Shown: positions 9,180 through 16,301 of the stretch, in pieces
Position numbering within the stretch: position 1 is the first letter of the stretch
Layout of the letters: each line of letters starts with the position of its first letter
Origin: Methanomicrobia archaeon
Lineage (GTDB): Archaea > Methanobacteriota_B > Thermococci > Methanofastidiosales > B48-G16
Assembly (NCBI GenBank): GCA_023133315.1
Contig: JAGLWR010000001.1
Location: forward strand, 1-30,374
DNA length: 30,374 nucleotides
Direction: 5' to 3'
The notes under the pieces: model-generated
The model's database searches: none
Told to the model about the DNA's origin: nothing
The model's input: only the letters and a program-made list of their open reading frames with translations
Program-made: the position numbers and the translations under genes

Positions 9180-9239
9180 AGTTCTCACCTCCATAGAAAG
9201 TTATTTAAATACAAGAAAGTATAGAAGAATGGTGAAGAC

Positions 9240-9662
9240 ATGTCAAAAAAATTATCTCTTGTCTTGGCTACTGTCATACTGTCTTTGATGGTGGCTGGCT
9301 GTATATTAGAGGAATCTCCAAAATTGGAAGGGACTCTGTGGATACTGAAGTCGTACGTGGATGATGGAGGGGGGATGGTCAACGTGTTGTCTGGTACTGA
9401 GACTACGGCACAATTCCAGGGTGGCAACGTTGGGGGAAGTGCTGGGTGCAACACCTATTCCGGAAGTTATACCCTTAGTGGCAATGCAATCACCATTGGT
9501 ACCCTCACCGTCACCCTCATGTTTTGCACTAAGCCGGGAATCATGGATCAGGAGACAGCGTATCTTTCAGCACTGGGATCAGCTACCACCTACAAGATCA
9601 AGGGTAGCACCCTGGAGATGAGCAACGCTGACGGGAAACTGATTTTAGTCTTTGAAGTATAG
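9240..9662 (+). CDS. META/HslJ-domain lipoprotein
   Basis: Lipobox VAGC; LEGTLWIL, GGSAGCNTYSG, TLMFC, MDQETAYLSAL; GGTGA SD and GAAAG-TTATTTAAATA promoter upstream. Confidence 0.88.
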   Translation: MSKKLSLVLATVILSLMVAGCILEESPKLEGTLWILKSYVDDGGGMVNVLSGTETTAQFQGGNVGGSAGCNTYSGSYTLSGNAITIGTLTVTLMFCTKPGIMDQETAYLSALGSATTYKIKGSTLEMSNADGKLILVFEV

Positions 9663-9843
9663 GAAGAATGAGATATAGTGCAAGAGGGGATGATCCTTAA
9701 GCTCCAATTTCATCACAAAAAAGAGTTAAATATCTTCCTACTCTCCGAGAATTTTATTTGGATAATTTATGTTCCATCCCTTTATCTAAGGAACATACGC
9801 CATTTTACAATAATAATCAAACTCAAAGAACAAAATAGGACAA

Positions 9844-9871
9844 GAGAAAGAAATAATTCTTTCTCGTTTTT
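9844..9871. terminator. Perfect 9-bp stem-loop followed by a T-run between convergent genes
   Basis: GAGAAAGAA-ATAA-TTCTTTCTC then GTTTTT. Confidence 0.5.
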
Positions 9872-9922
9872 AAAAAACTATCTTTTAACCAGTTGATAAC
9901 TATAACCAGCAGAGATTAAATC

Positions 9923-10066
9923 TCAATATCTTCTGTGTTTCTGATAGCATTCTTTACAATATACGGGCCTTCCTTCCTGGGGCTGGAATGGAACTTCACA
10001 TTCTTTACCGCAGTCAGCACATGTGGCTTTGTACATTTTTCTTTCGCCAAAATTTCTATTTTCCAT
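9923..10066 (-). CDS. CxxC-x17-CxxC zinc-ribbon protein
   Basis: MYKATCADCGKECEVPFQPQEGRPVYCKECY; start reassigned to ATG 10066 behind an AGGTGA SD. Confidence 0.92.
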   Translation of the reverse strand: MENRNFGERKMYKATCADCGKECEVPFQPQEGRPVYCKECYQKHRRY

Positions 10067-10151
10067 ATTTTCACCTTTTTTATTAACCTGAGATATACTC
10101 TCAAGCATGTAAAGTAACATACTGCCTTTTATAAACCTTTGCATTGTAAAA

Positions 10152-10166
10152 CGAAGACTTTTATAG
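10152..10166 (+). promoter_or_regulatory. BRE-TATA promoter, leaderless hel308 transcript
   Basis: CGAAGACTTTTATAG; the TTTATA starts 26 nt before the ATG and there is no SD. Confidence 0.65.
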
Positions 10167-10185
10167 AGTTCTGAGTAATAACATT

Positions 10186-12186
10186 ATGCGTGATGTACTG
10201 CCGGAGTATGCCGTTAAAAAATTGGAAGAACAGGGCATTACAGAATTGTTTCCTCCCCAGAAAGAAGCCGTCCAAAAGGGACTTTTAGAAGGAAAAAATC
10301 TCGTTCTTGCCATTCCCACGGCCTCTGGTAAAACCTTAGTAGCGTTAATTGCCATTCTCAATCACATAAAAAATGGAGGGAAAGCTGTATACATTGTTCC
10401 ATTGAGGGCATTAGCTGAGGAGATATATGCGGAGTTCTCAGATTTTTGCAACTGCGTTCTGTCTTCCGGGGATTACGATGCAGAAGATAGACATCTGACA
10501 GAGTACGACTGCATAATTACCACAAGTGAAAAATGCGACTCGCTGTTGAGACATTCCAGACAATTTTTTGATGACGTAACCCTCGTCGTTGCAGACGAGA
10601 TTCACTTGATTGACTCGATGAAAAGAGGACCCACGCTGGAAATGACGCTCTCAAAACTAAAGGACAAACAGATATTAGCGTTGTCCGCAACGATATCCAA
10701 TGCGCAAGAAATCGCGGAATGGTTAAAAGCTGATCTCGTTTATTCAGAGTGGAGACCTGTGCCATTAAAGACAGGAGTGTGCATAAAGGATAAAATATAT
10801 CACAAAGATAGCGTAAAAGAAGTACGGTTCAAAAAGGATCCCATAACGTCTCTCTGCTACGAGACTATAAAAGAAAATGGGCAGGCTTTGATATTTGTTA
10901 ACACGAGGCGATCCGCCGAAGCTCTGGCAAAAAAACTTGCAAAAAATAATTTTTCTGAGGTAGAGATAAAGTGTTCAAATACAAGTTTTGGAAGACTTCT
11001 CGAAACCTGTGCCAGGAAAGGGGTAGCGTTTCATCATGCGGGATTAGCAAGAGAAGACAGAAAAAAAGTGGAACAATATTTCAAAGAGAATAAATTGAAA
11101 ATTCTGACGGCAACGCCAACATTAGCAGCAGGCGTCAATTTACCTGCGAGAAGAGTAATTGTCAGAGATTATAAGAGGTACAGCGAACTAGGGTACAAAA
11201 GAATTCCTGTACTGGAAATAAAACAGATGATGGGCAGAGCTGGAAGACCAAAATATGATAAAGAAGGAGAAGCTCTTTTAATTGCTAAAAACGAGGAAGA
11301 GAAAGACATGCTTTTTGAAACGTATATCAACAAAGAAACTGAGAGAATTACATCAAAACTCGCAAATCCCACTATTATGAGAACGCATGTTCTTGCATTG
11401 ATCGCATCTCACTACGTCAGGAATGAAGAAGCGCTGAAAAAGTTTCTCAAAAGAACGTTTTACAGTTTTCAATACGATCTTGACAAGATATACGACAGGA
11501 TACTGGGAGTTATTGATTTCTTGGAAAAGAATGACCTGATACAAAATTACACCGCGACACAGTTTGGCAAGAGAGTTTCCTATCTTTATATAGATCCAAA
11601 AACAGCAATAACATTGAGAAATGCGTTAAAAGATGAGATGAGTTCTTTTGGCATACTTCATGCCGTCACATCCACACCAGATCTGGAATCGTTATACCTG
11701 AGAAGAGGCGATTTCGATGAGTATGACAGTATGGTCTTAGAAAAGGGAGAAGAATTTCTTCTTGATGTACCCGATTACTGGTATGAGCCCGACAAATACG
11801 AATTTTTTTTATCGAGAGTAAAGACAGCGTCATTGTTTTACGACTGGATGGAAGAGACAGACGAAGAAGAGATCTTTAAAAAATATAAGATATATCCCGG
11901 GGATTTTTACAGAATGAGAGAAACAGGGGACTGGCTTCTGTATTCTTTTACAGAAATAGCAAAATTGTTTAATCATTCCTACAGAGAGATTGAAAATACA
12001 AGAAAAAGACTGAGATACGGTGTTAAAGAGGAGTTGTTGCCTCTTGTAAGGATAAGAAATATAGGGAGAGTTAGATCCAGAGTTCTATTTAACAACGGTA
12101 TTAAAAATTTAAGAGATATAGAGAATACGGATTTCGAAACTTTGAAAAGACTTTTAGGAGAAAGTTTAGCGAGATCTTTAAAATAG
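10186..12186 (+). CDS. hel308: Ski2-like SF2 DNA helicase Hel308/Hjm
   Basis: LFPPQ, AIPTASGKT, DEIH, LSAT, AFHHAGL, TPTLAAGVNLPA, QMMGRAGRP, C-terminal HhH (IGRVRSR). Confidence 0.93.
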   Translation: MRDVLPEYAVKKLEEQGITELFPPQKEAVQKGLLEGKNLVLAIPTASGKTLVALIAILNHIKNGGKAVYIVPLRALAEEIYAEFSDFCNCVLSSGDYDAEDRHLTEYDCIITTSEKCDSLLRHSRQFFDDVTLVVADEIHLIDSMKRGPTLEMTLSKLKDKQILALSATISNAQEIAEWLKADLVYSEWRPVPLKTGVCIKDKIYHKDSVKEVRFKKDPITSLCYETIKENGQALIFVNTRRSAEALAKKLAKNNFSEVEIKCSNTSFGRLLETCARKGVAFHHAGLAREDRKKVEQYFKENKLKILTATPTLAAGVNLPARRVIVRDYKRYSELGYKRIPVLEIKQMMGRAGRPKYDKEGEALLIAKNEEEKDMLFETYINKETERITSKLANPTIMRTHVLALIASHYVRNEEALKKFLKRTFYSFQYDLDKIYDRILGVIDFLEKNDLIQNYTATQFGKRVSYLYIDPKTAITLRNALKDEMSSFGILHAVTSTPDLESLYLRRGDFDEYDSMVLEKGEEFLLDVPDYWYEPDKYEFFLSRVKTASLFYDWMEETDEEEIFKKYKIYPGDFYRMRETGDWLLYSFTEIAKLFNHSYREIENTRKRLRYGVKEELLPLVRIRNIGRVRSRVLFNNGIKNLRDIENTDFETLKRLLGESLARSLK

Positions 12187-12219
12187 AAATACTTTTATTT
12201 TCCTGTCCAAACATCTTCC

Positions 12220-13485
12220 ATGGAAGAAAAGATAACGCTCACTCTCGTATTCGTTTTTTCAGTAATACTTTCTTCATTATTTGTTCTTCCATTCGATCAC
12301 CTTCTGGGAGAAGATCCATACTTTCACAGAGAAGTTACAGAATTTTTTGTAGATCATAATCGCCTTCCGCAAACCAGTATAGAAGAATGGAACGAAGAAA
12401 AACCCTACGCTGCTTACTTGGAGTTTAAATTAAAAACGTATCCCCGATGGTTTTATTACATACTTTATCCATTTCACAAAGTGCTGAAATTTTTTCCTGT
12501 TTTCTTTTCCGGGCTTATAAGTATATCCATTTATCTTTATCTTTCTAAGTATTCCAAGGAAGCCGGGATAATTGCTGCAGTGCTCGTTCATACTCCAAAT
12601 TTCACAGCACATTCCATACTCCTCCTCCCAGAAATTGTAGGATTGGTTTCTTTACCATTGGTGCTGTATCTCTTCGAAAAAAAGTATTATTTCTCTGGGG
12701 TTCTTTTAGGTCTACTATTCCTTGTACATCCTCTGAGTGCTCTAGTAGGTTACCTAGGAGTGGCGATTATAGGCATCTTCAAAAAAAGGTTCAAAGACCT
12801 TATCATTTCGTTCCTTATTAGTTTTGTTTTTGCATTTCCGCACATCTTGGTAATACTGGGGGAGAAGACAAACGTAAGTTATCAGCTGGGACTGAATTTT
12901 TCTGCAGATGTTTGTACTCTTAAGGAATATTTAAAATATTTTGGAGTTTTAAGTATCTTTCCATTGTTTATCTATCTGTCTATTAAAAAAAGAGATTATA
13001 TTCCCGTCGCTTTTATTTTATTCCTTATATTCTTTTCAGTGATCAGGATAACGAGGGTACCGTCTGAACGTTTTTTTGCCTATCTATCTATATTTCTAGC
13101 TGTGATAATAGCCAGGAGAATCGTAGAAATAAAAAATATTAAAATAAAATATGCACTAGTTTTTTCTCTGATTTTTTTCTCATTCGTTCAGAATTACTGG
13201 ATATTTGGGGCGATAGGGCCGTCAACACGTGAAATTAAATCGTGGGAATTTTTAGATGAAAACTCGCTCGAAGATTGTAGCGTTTTGGGATGGGACAGAT
13301 ACCCCCAGGTTTTTACTGTGAAAAGAAAAATCTATTTTTCACAAGAGGATTATGAATCCTATAAAAATTTTGATTATATGTCTCCAGATGCCAATGTTCT
13401 CATTTATAAAAAGGAGTTTTTGAGTTCTCTTGAAGAAGATAAGATATATGATAATAAAGTAGGGATATGGTACATAGATTCATAA
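12220..13485 (+). CDS. Polytopic membrane protein, putative GT-C glycosyltransferase
   Basis: About 10 TM segments; GEDPYFH in the first external loop, YP motif, ERF motif, soluble C-terminal domain. Confidence 0.55.
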   Translation: MEEKITLTLVFVFSVILSSLFVLPFDHLLGEDPYFHREVTEFFVDHNRLPQTSIEEWNEEKPYAAYLEFKLKTYPRWFYYILYPFHKVLKFFPVFFSGLISISIYLYLSKYSKEAGIIAAVLVHTPNFTAHSILLLPEIVGLVSLPLVLYLFEKKYYFSGVLLGLLFLVHPLSALVGYLGVAIIGIFKKRFKDLIISFLISFVFAFPHILVILGEKTNVSYQLGLNFSADVCTLKEYLKYFGVLSIFPLFIYLSIKKRDYIPVAFILFLIFFSVIRITRVPSERFFAYLSIFLAVIIARRIVEIKNIKIKYALVFSLIFFSFVQNYWIFGAIGPSTREIKSWEFLDENSLEDCSVLGWDRYPQVFTVKRKIYFSQEDYESYKNFDYMSPDANVLIYKKEFLSSLEEDKIYDNKVGIWYIDS

Positions 13486-14061
13486 TACAGCATATCCCTC
13501 TTCTAGAGCCTTAAGATCGAGATCTAAAAATTTTTCTGGAATTTTTTCTTTCAAAACTTCTATGATATCTTCTTTTGTAAACGGAAGTTTCTCTCCTATT
13601 TTGCAGAGTGCACCGATCATGATTATGTTCATCACTATCGGGTTCCCCAACTTTTGCGCTATCTCATACGCATCAAATTTGTAAACTTTACAGTACGATT
13701 CCAGTGAATTGATGACTTTGGTTACATCAGGATACTCAGCCTGCCCTATGGATACCGTAACAGGAACGACAGGTTTTTCATTGATTACCACCACTCCATC
13801 CTTTTTCATAAATTTTATCTGTCTCAGCGCTTCCACAGGTTCAAATCCAAGGAGATAATCGCATCTTCCCTCGGGAACGAGGGCTCCGTATACATCGCCT
13901 ATCCTGACGTGCGATGTTACGGCTCCACCTCTCTGAGCCATTCCGTGAGTCTCGCCTATCCTTACCTTATAATCTTTATTCAAAGCAGCTTTTGCCAGTA
14001 TTTGGGAGGCTAATAAGTTTCCCTGACCTCCAACTCCCGATATGATAATATTCGTTTCCAT
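13480..14061 (-). CDS. iorB: Indolepyruvate:ferredoxin oxidoreductase beta subunit
   Basis: GVGGQG, GETHGMAQRGGAVTSHVRIG, FEPVEALR, NIIMIGAL. Confidence 0.9.
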   Translation of the reverse strand: METNIIISGVGGQGNLLASQILAKAALNKDYKVRIGETHGMAQRGGAVTSHVRIGDVYGALVPEGRCDYLLGFEPVEALRQIKFMKKDGVVVINEKPVVPVTVSIGQAEYPDVTKVINSLESYCKVYKFDAYEIAQKLGNPIVMNIIMIGALCKIGEKLPFTKEDIIEVLKEKIPEKFLDLDLKALEEGYAVL

Positions 14062-14170
14062 GAGATCACTATATTTTTTAAACGGTAAAGTTTAAAAAAG
14101 GTTTGCAATTGCCTCTATGCAAAGTTTTATAAACTCTTAAAAAAATTCCTGAACATGAGGAGGGATTTAC

Positions 14171-14395
14171 TTTGCAATCCCGGATTCAGCTAAAGACGTG
14201 CTGGAAGCATTGGTAGAAAAAGATGGGGTATCTTCTAGAAGTATTGCTGAAAAAATAAATATGCCTGACAGAACTGTCAGGTATGCTCTAAAGATTCTGA
14301 AATCTAAAGATTTTGTACGAATGAGAATTATTCTTGGCGATACAAGAAAGAGAATCTACACCCTCAATAAAGAAATCCTAGAAGATACTGTTTGA
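14171..14395 (+). CDS. Small winged-HTH transcription regulator; start codon uncertain
   Basis: In-frame IPDSAKDVLEAL...SIAEKINMPDRTVRYALKIL...DTRKRIY; the conserved-looking first helix lies upstream of the only canonical start (GTG 14198). Confidence 0.75.
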   Translation, partial: FAIPDSAKDVLEALVEKDGVSSRSIAEKINMPDRTVRYALKILKSKDFVRMRIILGDTRKRIYTLNKEILEDTV

Positions 14396-14488
14396 GAGGT
14401 TAGTGATAGAAATAGAAAGAACCTCTACTCTTTGATCGTTAAGTTTTTATATGGAAAGAAGTACTGGATTACACCAAATCTATAAAAA

Positions 14489-14505
14489 CCAAAACTTTTT
14501 AAATA
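14489..14505 (+). promoter_or_regulatory. BRE-TATA promoter of tuf-rps10
   Basis: CCAAAACTTTTTAAATA; AGGAGG SD before ATG 14551. Confidence 0.6.
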
Positions 14506-14550
14506 GTACAGAAGATAGATTTTAAGTTATCAAAATAGGAGGCAATTAAG

Positions 14551-15849
14551 ATGGCAAAAGAAAAACCTCACATGAATGTGGCATTTATTGGCCATGTAGA
14601 CCATGGGAAATCTACACTGATAGGAAGAATGTTGATGGAACATGGAGACGTAAGAGAACAGATGATCAGGAAGTTCGAAGAAATGGGCGAAAAAGGGAAG
14701 ACCTTTAAATTCGCATGGGTAATGGACAATTTAAAAGAGGAACGAGAAAGAGGAGTCACGATAGACCTGGCACATAAAAAATTTGAAACAGACAACAGAT
14801 ATATAACGATCGTGGACTGTCCAGGTCACAGAGACTTCATCAAGAACATGATCACTGGAGCTTCGCAAGCGGACGCAGCCGTGCTCGTAATAGACGCAAA
14901 GGACGGTGTAATGCCCCAGACAAAAGAACACGTTTTCTTGGCTAGAACTCTTGGTATAAAGCAATTAGTCGTTGCGATAAACAAAATGGATCTGATGGAT
15001 TATAAGCAGGATAGATTTGATAAGATAAAATCCGAAGCAATCAAGCTTTTAAAGCTTGTGGGATACAAGCCAGACGAAGTGCCCATCATACCGACTTCTG
15101 CTTTCCACGGCGAAAACATTACAAAGGCAAGTGAGAAGATGTCGTGGTTCTCAGGAAAGTCCATGATAGAGATATTGGATGCACTGAAAGAGCCGGAGAA
15201 GCCGACAGACAAGCCACTGAGACTTCCAGTGCAGGATGTCTTTACAATTACAGGTGTCGGTACGGTACCTGTAGGAAGGGTAGAAACTGGAGTAATGAAG
15301 GTAGGGGAAAATGTCATATTTGAGCCTGCTTCAACTATCCTCGGAAAACCTGTATCCGGAGAAGTCAAAACAATCGAGATGCATCACGAAGGACTTTCAA
15401 AAGCTGAACCTGGAGACAACGTTGGTTTCAATGTCAGAGGCGTTGGTAAGAAAGATATACGAAGAGGAGATGTTTTAGGGCATGTTGATTCCCCTCCAAC
15501 GGTAGTTACACCAAAAGACACATTCAGAGCACAGATTGCTATTTTGGCGCACCCAACGGCTATAACTGTTGGATATACACCTGTATTCCACTGCTATACA
15601 GCCCAGGTGGCGTGCACATTTGAAAAATTAGTTGCAAAGCTTGATAAAAAGACAGGTGGAGTAGCCGAGGAAAATCCAAGCTTTTTAAAACCGGGAGATG
15701 CAGCTCTGGTGGAGATCAGACCTACCAAACCTATGGTTCTTGAAGAATACAAGAAGATCCCTGAGATGGGCAGATTCGCTGTAAGAGACATGGGTATGAC
15801 TATAGCAGCAGGATTCTGTGTTGCCATACACAAAGGATCCAAGAAATAA
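14551..15849 (+). CDS. tuf: Translation elongation factor aEF-1alpha
   Basis: [36 protein letters not shown]. Confidence 0.98.
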   Translation: MAKEKPHMNVAFIGHVDHGKSTLIGRMLMEHGDVREQMIRKFEEMGEKGKTFKFAWVMDNLKEERERGVTIDLAHKKFETDNRYITIVDCPGHRDFIKNMITGASQADAAVLVIDAKDGVMPQTKEHVFLARTLGIKQLVVAINKMDLMDYKQDRFDKIKSEAIKLLKLVGYKPDEVPIIPTSAFHGENITKASEKMSWFSGKSMIEILDALKEPEKPTDKPLRLPVQDVFTITGVGTVPVGRVETGVMKVGENVIFEPASTILGKPVSGEVKTIEMHHEGLSKAEPGDNVGFNVRGVGKKDIRRGDVLGHVDSPPTVVTPKDTFRAQIAILAHPTAITVGYTPVFHCYTAQVACTFEKLVAKLDKKTGGVAEENPSFLKPGDAALVEIRPTKPMVLEEYKKIPEMGRFAVRDMGMTIAAGFCVAIHKGSKK

Positions 15850-15860
15850 AGGGGATCGAG

Positions 15861-16169
15861 TTGCAAAGAGCCAGAATAAGACTTGCTTGTACAGAGCCGA
15901 AAAAATTAGATGATGTTTGCGATCAGGTAAAAAAGATCGCAGAAAAAACAGGAGTAAATATTTCTGGGCCTATGCCTTTACCCACGAAGAGATTGAAAGT
16001 ACCCGTAAGAAAATCTCCCGATGGTGAAGGAACAGCAACGTGGGAACGCTGGGAAATGAGGATCCACAAGAGACTCATAGAGATAGATGCTGATGATAGA
16101 ACGATGAGACAGGTAATGAGAGTAACTGTGCCGGAAGGAGTGAATATAGAGATAGAGTTAATCTCCTAA
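15861..16169 (+). CDS. rps10: 30S ribosomal protein uS10 (TTG start)
   Basis: [10 protein letters not shown]...[24 protein letters not shown]; follows tuf. Confidence 0.97.
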   Translation: MQRARIRLACTEPKKLDDVCDQVKKIAEKTGVNISGPMPLPTKRLKVPVRKSPDGEGTATWERWEMRIHKRLIEIDADDRTMRQVMRVTVPEGVNIEIELIS

Positions 16170-16197
16170 TTTTTTTATTTTTGTTCTTTTCTTTCTT
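16170..16197 (+). terminator. Oligo-U terminator after rps10
   Basis: TTTTTTTATTTTTGTTCTTTTCTTTCTT directly after the stop codon. Confidence 0.7.
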
Positions 16198-16264
16198 CAT
16201 ATAAAAAGTTTTTTTCTCTGATGAACGGTTCCCAATTTACCCTTAGAGAGCTGTGAATCCCTTA

Positions 16265-16280
16265 CGAAAAGATATTTATA
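16265..16280 (+). promoter_or_regulatory. BRE-TATA promoter, leaderless pilin-adhesin transcript
   Basis: CGAAAAGATATTTATA; the TTTATA starts 27 nt before ATG 16302. Confidence 0.6.
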
Positions 16281-16301
16281 CAATGAAGATTAATTAATAT
16301 T

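Noticed and set aside
12070-12100. RSR instead of the RAR motif in Hel308 domain V
   Set aside because: A single conservative change with both arginines retained.
14395-14440. AGAGGTT/AACCTCT inverted repeat and a 10-codon GTG micro-ORF after the wHTH gene
   Set aside because: The 7-bp arms with an 18-nt loop and the very short ORF are within chance expectation.
16217-16262. TGATGA (C-box-like) and a repeated CCCTTA in the rps10-pilin gap: possible C/D sRNA or tRNA
   Set aside because: No downstream CTGA D box and no cloverleaf or T-loop pattern.
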